From assembly GCA_945907765.1 (NCBI GenBank), contig CAMDTO010000001.1, forward strand, positions 28,083 to 92,082: 64,000 nucleotides of DNA. The letters run 5' to 3'. This stretch comes from Thermoflexus hugenholtzii JAD2 (lineage in GTDB: Bacteria; Chloroflexota; UBA11872; UBA12225). Below, piece by piece: positions 1 through 10,800 of this stretch; the first letter of the stretch is position 1, and every line of letters starts with the position of its first letter. Both the position numbers and the translations under genes were made by a program. The notes beneath the pieces were generated by a model. It was not told the origin of the DNA and searched no databases. It saw only the letters and a program-made list of their open reading frames with translations.

Positions 1-900
1 TTTGCCTCAATCGTGAAGGCAAAGGGCGCGGACGTGTTCGACTACTTCGCCTTGAACCTCTATCGCAATCCCCACGATTTGTGGGACCGCTATCACGGTG
101 GCGTCCCGGTCGCGGCGGAAGAGGCGGACCGGGTTGGGTTTCGTGCGCGGCTCGATGCCATGGGCGCGGTTGGGAAGCCAATCTGGCTTACTGAGATCAA
201 CGCGATGCCTTACGACGACCCATTGCCCGGATGGGTTCCGTCTGATCGCAACGATGGGTTCAGGATCACGATGGCCGAGCAGGCGGATTATGTGCTGCAG
301 GCCCACGCGCTCGCGTTTGCCGCTGGCTACGAGAAGGTCTTCTTCCAAGCGCTGCAGGACGATCCATATCCGGTCCCCGATGAGTTGTGGGGGCTCGTGC
401 GCTATTCAGATGACCCCGAATGCGACCAGGATGCGTCACGGGCACGCCCGGCCTACCACGCTTACCGGATTGTCGCGAGGTTCGTCGCCGATGCCAACCG
501 TGCGGAACTCCATGTCCGGAAACGAAATGATCCGTCCCGACTTTCCAAGTTCGCATCGCGCTTCGAATGGGCGCAACATCTCGCGGTATTTCACAAGGGG
601 ACCGTGCGTGCGTCTGTCATCTGGAACGGAACCGGCCTGGAGGCGAGTATCTCGCTCAAGGCATCGGGCACGAGTGCCATCTTGATCGACAATGCTGGGT
701 CGGAAATGGCGCTTGAACCGGGACCCGATGGCCGGTTGACGTGGGTATTACCAGCCGCCTATCGACACTTCGATCAGTTCGGTGGTGACCCGCCCGGCTA
801 CTTCTATATTGGCGGCCGGACATTTGTCATCGTCGAACAGGGTGTGCCCCCTTCGGCGTCCGTCGATGCCCAAGGCTTCGTGAGGCAAGACGGTCAGTAA
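1..900 (+). CDS. Glycoside hydrolase-like protein (clan GH-A-like TIM barrel), 5'-truncated by window edge
   Basis: Frame is open from base 1 to TAA at 898-900; 'FDYFALNLY' and 'KPIWLTE' resemble GH-A strands with the nucleophile Glu; 'WGLVR' and 'RPAYHAY' are typical of such proteins. Confidence 0.6.
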   Translation, partial: FASIVKAKGADVFDYFALNLYRNPHDLWDRYHGGVPVAAEEADRVGFRARLDAMGAVGKPIWLTEINAMPYDDPLPGWVPSDRNDGFRITMAEQADYVLQAHALAFAAGYEKVFFQALQDDPYPVPDELWGLVRYSDDPECDQDASRARPAYHAYRIVARFVADANRAELHVRKRNDPSRLSKFASRFEWAQHLAVFHKGTVRASVIWNGTGLEASISLKASGTSAILIDNAGSEMALEPGPDGRLTWVLPAAYRHFDQFGGDPPGYFYIGGRTFVIVEQGVPPSASVDAQGFVRQDGQ

Positions 901-1008
901 CCCCACGGCCGCACGCACGGCGGTAGAAGTTGATCTCAACGCAGTGACAACACAGGCCGCCGACGCCTTGCGCAAGCGTCACGCCTTCGCAGCGGCTCTG
1001 ATTCCCGA

Positions 1009-1452
1009 TCAGGCTTTCATGTCGCAAATCATGCCGTTGATCTGGCCGACTTTTTCGGCAAGTTCGAGCAACGGCTTTTCCTTTGCGATCAGGCCGTCGG
1101 CCATCGACAGGAGTTCCTCATCGATCTTGTCGATGATCTGGTGCAGTTCCCGTTGCGCAATCGCAGATCGCAACTTCAGGCCATTCTTGACCACGTAGGA
1201 GATGAAGTTCCGGATCGATGAACGGTATCGGGTCAATCCATCTGGAGACGGATCTTCCAGAAGCTGCCGTCCCTGTTCCTCGACGTCCATGTAGAGACGA
1301 TCGAGATCCTGTTGGGCAACGGTCCGCTGAACGGTTGTCAGCGCTTCGGCGAAGCTTGCCGGCGCACCGGCCGCACGCGTTGCCGGTTGCCCGGGTGTGC
1401 GTGAACGGGTGATCTGTCCGGCGGTCGAACGGTCGCGAATCCGCAGTGGCAT
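1009..1452 (-). CDS. YaaR family (DUF327) protein
   Basis: 'SFAEAL', 'VEEQGRQL', 'YRSSIRNFISYVV', 'IDKIDEEL', 'INGMICD'; start set at ATG 1452, 6 nt behind TGtCACAAT. Confidence 0.8.
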   Translation of the reverse strand: MPLRIRDRSTAGQITRSRTPGQPATRAAGAPASFAEALTTVQRTVAQQDLDRLYMDVEEQGRQLLEDPSPDGLTRYRSSIRNFISYVVKNGLKLRSAIAQRELHQIIDKIDEELLSMADGLIAKEKPLLELAEKVGQINGMICDMKA

Positions 1453-1552
1453 GCGGGCATTGTGACAGGTTCGGCGCTGAACGTCCACCAGTCACTATGG
1501 ATCGTGATGACGCAACGCTGTCTGGTCCGAGACGGTGGCGATTCGTCGGATT

Positions 1553-2482
1553 TCAGAAACCCGGAAGGCGCAGCGCTTGCGATTCCGGCACGGGTGGCGA
1601 TGGCCCGTCCGCTTCGGAGTCGAACTGTACCGGGGGTAGGTCGAGGAGTTGGCGCAAGGCAGAGGCCGACCGCGGACTGCTTCCGGAGTAGTGATTGTTC
1701 AAAAGGACGAAGACGTCACTGGTCCGACCGTTTTTCGTCTGCTCCTCGCGCCACTTCGAGATGAGCGACGCCCAACGCCGAAGGTCAGCCCCGCGGTCGA
1801 TGGTGATCGTCTGGTAGTCAATCGTGTTGTCGTGATCACCGGTGAGCCGCACGTACGCGAAGTCGGCTGTCTCACGGAAGGCTCGTGGTTCGTCAATTGC
1901 CCGGGGCATCGATGCCCATGGATTTGGACCCGGGTCCCAGTCGTTCCATACCCACGCGACGTGTGCTTCACGAAGGCGAGCCTCGATGTCCGGGGCTTCA
2001 ATCCACGATGGGTGGCGGAATTCGACGGCCACGCGCAAGGACTGGGGTGCAATCGACGGAAGCAGGTGCAGGGCGGATGACAAGCTATCCACGTCGCGTG
2101 GAAACTGGAAGCCCGGACCGAGTTGCAGGACTACGGCGCCAAGGCGGTCGCCAAGCCTGGAAATCGTTTTGAGAAATTCCTCAAGTTGCCGAAGTGAATC
2201 TGGACCTTGCAGACGTGCATCGTGAGTGATCTGCCGGGGCACCTTTGCCGTGAACCGGAATGTATCCGGGGTCTGCGAAATCCACCTGTCAACTTCCGAG
2301 GCGCGTGGAGGCCCGTAGAAAGTGCGGTCGATCTCGACGAGCGGGAAGGCGCGTGCATACCTGGCCAGTCGATCGGCAGGTCGCGTACCGGGTGGGTAGA
2401 GAAGGCCATTCCACCCGTCGTAGGAGAAGCCTTGGGACCCGATGAGCAGGACGCCCGGTGTGGGTTCGGCCGGATCATTCAT
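1553..2482 (-). CDS. DUF72 domain protein
   Basis: 'IGSQGFSYDGW', 'VEIDRTFY', 'FRFTAKVPRQITH', 'AVEFRHPSW', 'YVRLTG', 'NNH'. Confidence 0.9.
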   Translation of the reverse strand: MNDPAEPTPGVLLIGSQGFSYDGWNGLLYPPGTRPADRLARYARAFPLVEIDRTFYGPPRASEVDRWISQTPDTFRFTAKVPRQITHDARLQGPDSLRQLEEFLKTISRLGDRLGAVVLQLGPGFQFPRDVDSLSSALHLLPSIAPQSLRVAVEFRHPSWIEAPDIEARLREAHVAWVWNDWDPGPNPWASMPRAIDEPRAFRETADFAYVRLTGDHDNTIDYQTITIDRGADLRRWASLISKWREEQTKNGRTSDVFVLLNNHYSGSSPRSASALRQLLDLPPVQFDSEADGPSPPVPESQALRLPGF

Positions 2483-2555
2483 CGCCGGTCACCGATATCG
2501 GGACAGACCCACCGGATGTGTGTGGCCTGGTCATGCCTGTGATCTTGAGTGCGGG

Positions 2556-2632
<77 letters not shown>

Positions 2633-2696
2633 ATACGACAGCCAGTGTAGCAAGAACTGGGTTCGGAACCCCGTAACCCGGGATGCACATCGACGC

Positions 2697-3488
2697 TCAC
2701 GCTGTTTGGTAACGAAGATAGAGTTCGCTTTCATGCGTATAGACACTTTTCAATGAAAGATGCGCAAGAGCGTCGGCTGGAAAGGCGACACCCTCGAACA
2801 TGGTCACCCCGCCCCGCCCATTCTGGATTTTCGGGGCGATTGTCACGTAGACCTCATCGACCAGGCTGAGTGCAAGCATGCGTGCGTTCAGCGCGGCACC
2901 GCCTAGGCAACAGAGGGTCCTGACCCCGAGCTCGTGACGGAAGACGTGAAGCATCTCGTCAAGTGGCACTTCGTGTTCGCCCCGCGTGATGACCGTAGTT
3001 TGCGATGCGAATGCTTCCACGGTCTCGGGAGGCGTGGCGTTGCTGACGAAGAGGGCTGTTCGGTCTGGCCCCCCCTCGAACATGCGTGGTGGGGTTGGAA
3101 ATGCGCCCACCGTGCTGACGGCCGCCCAGAGTGGTTCGGCGCGCACACCACGGGCAAGACGGCGTGCCTGCCTTGCTTCGTCGTGCCATGGATAGCCCGG
3201 GTTGTCCTCGCGCACCAGGGTCGCCCCGAAGAGGACCGCATCGCACTGCGCCTCGATGCGGGTCATCAGATAGTGATCCATCCTGCTGCCGATGAGGCGG
3301 GTAGTCCCCGGTCCGCCGATCACCACCTTGCCGTCAAGCGTCATGACCATGTTGACCACGACATACGGGCGGGTGTCCGGGGTCTGGGTTGCGAACCCGA
3401 GGTCGGTGTAGACCTCTTCACGGGCGATTTCGCCTGATGGCGTACTGGCGGTGGCGGTCGTGATGGTTTGGTCTAGGAGGCGCTGCAT
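2697..3488 (-). CDS. RibD C-terminal domain / dihydrofolate reductase-like protein
   Basis: 'RPYVVVNMVMTLDGK', 'DAVLFGATLVREDNP', 'LGGAALN', 'VDEVYVTIAPKI', 'ELYLRY'; no deaminase domain. Confidence 0.85.
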   Translation of the reverse strand: MQRLLDQTITTATASTPSGEIAREEVYTDLGFATQTPDTRPYVVVNMVMTLDGKVVIGGPGTTRLIGSRMDHYLMTRIEAQCDAVLFGATLVREDNPGYPWHDEARQARRLARGVRAEPLWAAVSTVGAFPTPPRMFEGGPDRTALFVSNATPPETVEAFASQTTVITRGEHEVPLDEMLHVFRHELGVRTLCCLGGAALNARMLALSLVDEVYVTIAPKIQNGRGGVTMFEGVAFPADALAHLSLKSVYTHESELYLRYQTA

Positions 3489-3519
3489 CAGTCAAGAGGC
3501 CTTTCTGTTGAAAGAAACC

Positions 3520-3600
3520 GTACCCGAGTGACTGCGAGTTCGGGTCCACGGTGGGTCACTGGGGGTACCCTCAACCCGTTCCGGCCGTCTCGCGTTCGGC
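3520..3600 (+). promoter_or_regulatory. Candidate structured leader RNA upstream of purH (ZTP-riboswitch-like topology)
   Basis: Stem 3520-3533/3554-3568; second hairpin GCCG 3584-3587/CGGC 3597-3600 whose loop CTCGC can pair with GCGAG 3534-3538; contains GTGACTGCG. Confidence 0.4.
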
Positions 3601-3678
3601 GCCCATTGCACGCGTTGTCACGCTTGACGAGGGTCGAATCGACGTCGGCCGGGAACCTTGTTGGATCGAGGCGATATC

Positions 3679-5313
3679 GTGCGGGCATTGCTAAGCGTGT
3701 GGGACAAGAACGGTCTGGTGGAGTTTGCGCAGGGTTTGCATGATCTGGGTTGGGAACTTGTCAGTACCGGGCAGACGCACGCAACCCTGACCAAGGCCGG
3801 TATTCCGGCGATTTCGGTCGCCGGTGTAACCGGATTTCCAGAAATCCTTGGAGGACGGGTCAAGACCCTCCATCCGGCAATTCATGCCGGCATCCTTGCC
3901 CGGCGCGACGTTCCCGGCGACCTCTCAACACTTGCGGATCACGGGATTGTGGCGGTCGACATGGTGGTCACGAACCTGTACCCGTTTGTCTCGACGATTT
4001 CCGGAAACGATGCCCCGGCCATGGTCGATGGTGACCTGACGGATGCCATCCGTGGGGCAGTGGAACAGATTGACATTGGCGGACCCGCGATGACCCGGGC
4101 GGCAGCAAAGAACTTCGCCCACGTCGCGGTGGTGACGGACCCGCGGGACTACCCGGGCACATTAGAACATCTGCGGGCCGGCAGTTTGACCATGGCGGAA
4201 CGCGTGAGGCTTGCGCAGGTGGCTTTCGCGCATACCGCCCAGTACGACGCGTACGTCGCGGCCTATTTCTCGGCCATGGCCGGTCAGAAGTTTCCGGACG
4301 CCGTTTCCCTCCCGCTGACCCGTTCCTCCTTGCTCACCTACGGCGAGAACCCTCACCAGTCGGCGTCCCTCTACCGGTTAGCCGATTCGCGGTTGACCCG
4401 GCCAGGCCTTGCGGACCTGGTGCACCTTTCGGGAGATGACCCGTCGTACAACAACCTTCTGGACCTTGATTGCGCCTATGCGATCGTCGCGGACTTCATG
4501 GAAGTTGCCGTAAGTATCGTCAAGCACAACAACCCCTGCGGTGTCGGGGTTGGTTCCACGCCTGCGGAGGCGTACCGGCGGGCGTATGCCGGCGACCCGC
4601 TGTCAGCATTTGGTGGTGTCGTGGCATGCAACAGGATAGTCGACGGCGACATGGCACGGGCGATGAGTGGAGTTCTCTACTGGGTCCTCGTGGCACCCGG
4701 ATATACCGATGAGGCACTGAGGATCCTTGGCCGCCGCCAGACCAGGGTCTTCTCACTGCCCGTCCCGGCCACCTCCGGGATGCTGTCAGCATTCGATTGG
4801 CAATACCGGCCAGTGACGGGTGGGTTCCTGGCCCAGTCGCACGACACCGTCAATGCGGACACTGTGAGCTTCACACCTGCATCGGTCCGGGAACTTACCG
4901 TCGCCGAGGAGGCTGATCTCCGGATGGCCTGGCGGATTGTCAGGCACGTGCGTTCGAATGCGAGCGTGTTCGTGCGCGACGGCGCAGTGCGTGCCGTTGG
5001 CGCTGGGCAGATGAGCCGCCTTGACAGTGTGGTTGCGGCGACCCGGATTGCTTCACGCAGTGCGCAGGATGCACGGACTGGTGATGCCCCGCTGATGCAG
5101 GGGGAAAAGGGACTCTCGTCACCGCTTATCGGATCGGTGATGGCCACCGACGGCTTCTTCGCCGATCCGGATGCCGTTGAGGCGGCGTGTGAGGCTGGTG
5201 CAACCGCGATTGCCCATCCCGGCGGGGGACGGAAGGACGCCGACGCGTCAGCGATGGCTGACCGCTATGGCATCGCGCTGGTCACCACCGGATTCCGACA
5301 CTTCCGCCACTGA
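3679..5313 (+). CDS. purH: Bifunctional AICAR transformylase / IMP cyclohydrolase
   Basis: 'RALLSVWDK', 'GRVKTLHP', 'IDIGGP', 'YGENPHQ', 'KHNNPCG', 'GAGQMSR', C-terminal 'RHFRH'; GTG start with GAGG upstream. Confidence 0.96.
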   Translation: MRALLSVWDKNGLVEFAQGLHDLGWELVSTGQTHATLTKAGIPAISVAGVTGFPEILGGRVKTLHPAIHAGILARRDVPGDLSTLADHGIVAVDMVVTNLYPFVSTISGNDAPAMVDGDLTDAIRGAVEQIDIGGPAMTRAAAKNFAHVAVVTDPRDYPGTLEHLRAGSLTMAERVRLAQVAFAHTAQYDAYVAAYFSAMAGQKFPDAVSLPLTRSSLLTYGENPHQSASLYRLADSRLTRPGLADLVHLSGDDPSYNNLLDLDCAYAIVADFMEVAVSIVKHNNPCGVGVGSTPAEAYRRAYAGDPLSAFGGVVACNRIVDGDMARAMSGVLYWVLVAPGYTDEALRILGRRQTRVFSLPVPATSGMLSAFDWQYRPVTGGFLAQSHDTVNADTVSFTPASVRELTVAEEADLRMAWRIVRHVRSNASVFVRDGAVRAVGAGQMSRLDSVVAATRIASRSAQDARTGDAPLMQGEKGLSSPLIGSVMATDGFFADPDAVEAACEAGATAIAHPGGGRKDADASAMADRYGIALVTTGFRHFRH

Positions 5314-5340
5314 CGGGCGCGAAGTCCGGATTGGGTTCTC

Positions 5341-5399
5341 CCGAACAGCGTCGCTCCCGCTCCGGTTCCCTCCCCCGAAGTCGGGAGAGGGGTGTTCGG
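5341..5399. repeat. REP-like GC-rich palindrome between convergent genes
   Basis: CCCTCCCCCGA/TCGGGAGAGGG inner hairpin (5368-5391) enclosed by CCGAACA/TGTTCGG. Confidence 0.5.
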
Positions 5400-5426
5400 A
5401 AGGAGTTTACGGAGAGGGCGGTTGGA

Positions 5427-6356
5427 CTACTTGCGGACAGTGATCCCCAATTCCCGGGTGCGTTCTCCAACCGCCGCGATTTCGGTGGCGTCGGCAGTGT
5501 GGAGGGGCGATGACATCGTCGGGTGCGTGATGACGCCCAGCGTAACGAGGGACGCCTTCATGCCCCCGAAACTGCGGGCATGCCGTCCCCCCGCGGTCAT
5601 GTCGAGAAGGCCCATCGCCGCATCAACCAGGTGTTGCGCGGTCCGTGCGGCGTCGAGGTTGCCTCGTTCGGATTGTTCCCAAGCGTCCACACAGGCGCGG
5701 GGCACGACATTGGCGATGCCGGGAATGCATCCGTGGAGGCCCGGGATCAAGGCGACCTCGGTCATGGCCTTCGACCCGAGGAAGATGCGCAGTGGAACTC
5801 CGGCCTCCGCGACGGCGGACGCGAGTTCACGTGCCCATGGGAGATCACCTTGGCTGTCCTTTATCCCGGCCACGGTTCCCTCCCGGGCGAGCTCGATGAT
5901 GGTCGGGATTTCCACGCGTGTCTTGACCGTTGACGGAATGTTGTACATGTAAAGGGGCACGTCAACAGCATCGCGCACTTCGCGATACATGTGAAGGAGC
6001 TCTTCCTGACTGTTGGCATAGTAGTACGGCGGGGTCACGGCGATCGCGTCGGCCCCAACGGCGACGGCGCGTCGGGCGTGACCGATGGTGAGGCGCGTGC
6101 TGCAATCGGAAACGTTGGCAATCACGGGCAGTTTTCCGTCAACGGTCTCGACGATGGTGGCGGTGACGTGTTCGCGCTCCTCCGCGTCGATGCAGGCGAA
6201 CTCGCCGGTGGTCCCACACGCCCATATCCCGTGCACCCCATTGATCAAGAGATATCTGGTGAGGCGCATGAGAGACCGAAGATCAACCTGACCGTCGGGC
6301 ATCAGAGGGGTCAGGATTGGCGGCACGATTCCACTAAGTGCGGTCAGGTCGGTCAA
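5427..6356 (-). CDS. DHDPS/NAL (DapA-like) family aldolase/lyase
   Basis: 'GIVPPILTP', 'GTTGE', 'PPYY', 'YNIP', Schiff-base Lys in 'GIKDS'; TTG start behind AAGGA. Confidence 0.88.
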   Translation of the reverse strand: MTDLTALSGIVPPILTPLMPDGQVDLRSLMRLTRYLLINGVHGIWACGTTGEFACIDAEEREHVTATIVETVDGKLPVIANVSDCSTRLTIGHARRAVAVGADAIAVTPPYYYANSQEELLHMYREVRDAVDVPLYMYNIPSTVKTRVEIPTIIELAREGTVAGIKDSQGDLPWARELASAVAEAGVPLRIFLGSKAMTEVALIPGLHGCIPGIANVVPRACVDAWEQSERGNLDAARTAQHLVDAAMGLLDMTAGGRHARSFGGMKASLVTLGVITHPTMSSPLHTADATEIAAVGERTRELGITVRK

Positions 6357-6430
6357 TTGCGTGTTCCTTAAGCAAGGGTTTGGTGTACCGGCAGGTCTCA
6401 CGGTTGTAGCACAGTCGGGTTCGAGGGAGG

Positions 6431-7762
6431 TCAGCCAGGCCGGAAGGGGTCGAGGCGCGCAACGTGGCGTGTGGCGCTACCGAGGACGCCCGTTGTTGTT
6501 GCTTCCAAGGTGCCGATTGCCACCGACGGCGCGAAGTACGGCGAGTCCCATGAAACGGCGTCGCCGGCGTGAGTGCCAGGTACGGGGAAGAGGCGAGCCG
6601 ACAGTGGTTTGTCAAGTCGCACGGCCAAGGTGGCCATATCGAGGATGATTGCGCCAAGGGTTCCAGCGGATGTGTCCCCAGCCAGGGGCACGGTGTCGAG
6701 TCCGAGACCGCAGACCGCACTCGCGAGCAACAATTGATCGATGCCGATGTGGCCCGATGACGCGCGTTGCGCAAGGACGCTGTCTTCGAGGACGGGCATC
6801 ATGAGGCCTGAGAAGGCGAACGGTCGCTGTCTCCCCCCAGGAGTCGTTCCGGTCATGCCCGTCCTTGTTGCGACCTCATGCAGGCACTCGGTGAGGAATG
6901 ACGCGACGAAGACTGTGCCGTGACCGCCAAACGCGGGCAATCCAAGGTGTTCAAATGCACTCCCGATGCTCGTGCTATCGCCTGGCAATGGGGCAGGTGA
7001 GAAGTCGACACCGTTGAACCGGACTCCTCCCAGACTGTCGACAACGGTGCGAACGATCTTCGCGACACGGTTGACGGCATGGGAAAGGGATTCGACGAGA
7101 CGGATCCGGGCGTCCTCAAGGTTTGACGCACCGGCAAAGGCGTCTGTGACCAAGTTTGCGCATTGCAAGCCAATCCCGACTGCGGGAGTGTCCTCACCAT
7201 CGTGATAGGCGGCCGGGAAGAACGGGATGTTTGGTCCGCAGTTGGCGAGGGCGGCGAACCGGAAATTGCCGTAGCCGTCATTCCCACCGCGCGCGATGCG
7301 GGCCACGGCACTCCCGGCACTTCGGCACGCCTCTATGTTTATCTCCGCGAGACCGGATGGCTTGCGTGTCGCGACGGACGCGGTCACTGACATGAGTGAG
7401 GTCGTCGCGATGATTTCGGGAACGAGGTCAAGGAGTGGTGCCCAGACGGAATCCGGTGTGCCGACGGTGTCGATTGTGCCGAATGACACGTGACCGAAAT
7501 CGCTCAGGCGAGACGCCTCGTCCAGGAACGCCGCCTGTTCCAGGACGTCTCGCGACGTCCTGGCATCGCTGCCCGTAAACCGGTTGGTGACCGGTGGCAA
7601 GGCGAGGCGAACGGTCTGGGTTTCGATGCCGGCCCGGTCCAACGCCTCGCGGATGCCGGACGCGATGGTTCCCGCCCGACACACCAGAGGGGATTGTGTC
7701 CCGGGGGTCACGGGAATACCGACGGTGACCGGTATGCCAACGGTGATGGCGCGGACTTTCAT
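6431..7762 (-). CDS. DUF711 (PFL-like, UPF0210) family protein
   Basis: 'MKVRAITVG', 'NFRFAALAN', 'IPFFPAAYH', 'FSGLMMPVLED', 'SAVCGLGLDTVP', 'KPLSARLFP'. Confidence 0.85.
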   Translation of the reverse strand: MKVRAITVGIPVTVGIPVTPGTQSPLVCRAGTIASGIREALDRAGIETQTVRLALPPVTNRFTGSDARTSRDVLEQAAFLDEASRLSDFGHVSFGTIDTVGTPDSVWAPLLDLVPEIIATTSLMSVTASVATRKPSGLAEINIEACRSAGSAVARIARGGNDGYGNFRFAALANCGPNIPFFPAAYHDGEDTPAVGIGLQCANLVTDAFAGASNLEDARIRLVESLSHAVNRVAKIVRTVVDSLGGVRFNGVDFSPAPLPGDSTSIGSAFEHLGLPAFGGHGTVFVASFLTECLHEVATRTGMTGTTPGGRQRPFAFSGLMMPVLEDSVLAQRASSGHIGIDQLLLASAVCGLGLDTVPLAGDTSAGTLGAIILDMATLAVRLDKPLSARLFPVPGTHAGDAVSWDSPYFAPSVAIGTLEATTTGVLGSATRHVARLDPFRPG

Positions 7763-7863
7763 GTGATTGCGATCAATTGACCGTTCTGATGTTCGCCACT
7801 CGCCGACCCCCGCGGGCGTCGTGCCGTCGATCACTACACTCTATACGAACTGAAACGACGTGA

Positions 7864-10800
7864 ATGACGACCCGCGACACAGATAGTGACCACAACATCC
7901 CTGCCCCGTCGCCGTTGACCGATGAACCCTTCGACATTCCCGGACCGGCTACGGTGGATTTGCCTGAAGAAATTGCTGGTGACGGCGAAACAAGTCCGGT
8001 GGTCGTGGCACCAGTCCGTCGCCGTCGCACTGCGCGGGTCGCGGCTGCGGTGCGAAGTGACCTTGTCGATGGGTTTGCCCGGAGGTACCCATTCCCGCTG
8101 GACCAGTTCCAGTTGGAGGCAATGCAGGCACTGAGTGCGGATCGGTCGGTCCTGGTTGCCGCCCCGACTGGCACGGGCAAGACGGTGATTGCCGAGTTTG
8201 GCGTCGAACTTGCGCGAAGCAAGGGGATGCGGGCCATCTACACCGCGCCAATCAAGGCGTTGTCGAACCAGAAGTTCCACGACTGGCGGGCAACCTACGG
8301 GGATGCCGTCGGACTCCTGACCGGCGATGTCACCGAGAATGCCTCAGGTGACGTCCTAGTCATGACTACCGAGGTTCTCCGCAATATGGTGTTGCGGAGC
8401 CCGGAGGCATTCGGCGACACGGCCGTGGTGATCTTTGACGAAGTCCACTTCCTTGCCGACCCCGACCGGGGCACGACATGGGAAGAAGCAATCCTGAATT
8501 GTCCGCCGCACGTCCAGTTGGTATGCCTCTCGGCCACCGTTTCGAATGCAGCCGAGATTGCCCGTTGGATCGGGCGTGTCCATCGGGAGACCATCCTTGT
8601 CGAACATTCGACGCGGGCGGTTCCGATTGATCACCTGTACATCCATGATGATCGGATCTGGCCGCTCGTGGACGCGACAGGAAGGCTTCACGAACCCTTG
8701 CGTGTCGGTGGCGAGACGCGGACGCCTCGGCCAATGGGTATGGGGCGTGGAGCCCGACCGAAGGAGTTGCCACGCCCGCGGGATGTTCTCGCAATCCTCG
8801 GCGAGAACCAGATGTTGCCGGTGATCTATTTCCTGTTTGGGCGACGGGCATGTGAGGTGGCCGGTGCCAGTTGTGATCGTCTCGACCTTGGTGGCGATGC
8901 CGTCACACGACGGCGGCGTACCGAACGTGTGCGCCAGACCATGGAGGCCCTTGGCCCTGAAGACCGGACGCTTGCCCAGGTGCGCGATCTGACCCACCTC
9001 CTCGAACGAGGCATGGCGTTTCATCATGCCGGCGTCCTTCCCGTCTTGAAGCAGCTCGTTGAGGGCCTTTTTTCAGAGGGGCTCCTCGGTGCGGTCTTTG
9101 CAACTGAGACCCTCGCGCTTGGTGTGAACATGCCAGCACGGAGCGTCGTGATCGCCGAACACACGAAATACGACGGAGTTTCCAGGCGAGTGCTGTTGCC
9201 GAACGAGTACTCGCAACTCTCCGGACGCGCTGGTCGCCGTGGTAAGGATGAGCGAGGGTTCGCGGTATCGCTTTACAGTCCCTGGACCACCTGCGCCGAA
9301 GTGCAGGAACTGATCGGGGCCGATCTCCTGCCGGTTCGCAGTGCATTCACACCGCGGTATCACACGGTCGTCTCGCTGTGGGATGGCACCAGAACGGGGC
9401 GTGAACGGCTGCAGCGGCTGTTCGCGTCCAGTCTCCGGCAATTCCAGACGGATGATGCCTTGCAGGAGGCGATGGCCGAAGTTGAGGACCTGCGTGCCGA
9501 GGCGGACGAGAGGCACTACGTGTGCCCGGTTCCTGACGTGGACGATGACGCGATCGTCGATTACACGGCACTCCGGCGTGACGTCGCAGAGGCCCATCGT
9601 CAGGTGGAACGTGCGCGGATCACGGTTGCGGGGGCCGCGCGTGATGCCGGTCACCTTCCGTGGAACCCGCCATCGCCGGTCGCGGTCAAGCGTGCAGTCC
9701 AGGGGTTCACCGGCGGCGAGGTCGTCTACCTTTCAAACTGGCGCGCGACTGTTGCACGGGACGCCTCATCCGACGGTGAACCGGTACCGGCGACAACTGC
9801 TGGCGGTGCGTGGTCGGTCTTCCTGCGGCGCGATGGCTCGGGCCCGGGGATATTCGTGGCTGAAGGGCAAGTGGTCCAGGTCCGTCAGTGGTCTGTGGTT
9901 ACCCGCCTCGCATCGGGTCGAGACGGCATTTCGCGAGTGGTGGTTCCACCGGATCTGGTGGATGCGCAACCCCAGACCGATGCGCGGACTGTCGTGGACC
10001 CGATGGGATGGGCGAGGTTCGAGGCGAGCATTGCGGCCCTCGAGCTTCCCGATCTAGCCCGGTTCGAGGCTGATCGGCGTGCAAGGCAACAGGACCTTAC
10101 TGAACGCCTTGTGACGCCTCATGTCACGCGTGAGGAGTCTCTACAGAGGCGCATGGGAGGTCATCCGTGCCACAAGTGCCCGCACCGTTCGGCACATGAC
10201 CGTGCATGGCGCCGCGAACGTGAGGCGCTCCGATCGGTCATCGAGGCTGAGGCCCACGCGGCCCTGATCGAGACCGAGGCGTCGACCCAGGCGACCAGGA
10301 CACTCGATGCGATCGTGTCAGTCCTCGGACGATTTGGCGCATTGACACCGGCACGGGCGGGTCTGGCGCAACCGACGGACATCGCGGTCGGATTGCGGTC
10401 ACTCTACGACCCGAATGGATTGCTGCTGTTGAATGCCGCTCGTCGCGGATGGCTTGACGCCCTGACGCCGACGGATCTGATGGAGTTGATCTCGTGGTTC
10501 TGTTACGACCGTGACACCGTTCGCTACAACCGCTACTGGCTCTCGGCCGTGATGTCCGAGGTGCGAAACCGTCTCGATGAGCTCGGTGCCGAGATGGTGC
10601 AGGCTGAACAACGTGTGGGCCTGGCGATCACCTCCGGACTGAATCGCAGTTTCCACGGTGTCCTGACGGCGTGGTGCCGTGGTGAAACCTTTGGTGAGCT
10701 TCTCGATAGTGTCGGCGTGAGTGAGGGTGACTTGCTCCTCACGATGAACAAGACATTGGATCTTGCATCACAGATGCGTGAGGCGCTCCGTTCACTGACC

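Noticed and set aside
3490..3660. FMN or PRPP (ykkC) riboswitch in the ribD-C/purH spacer
   Set aside because: Their conserved sequence motifs were not seen on either strand
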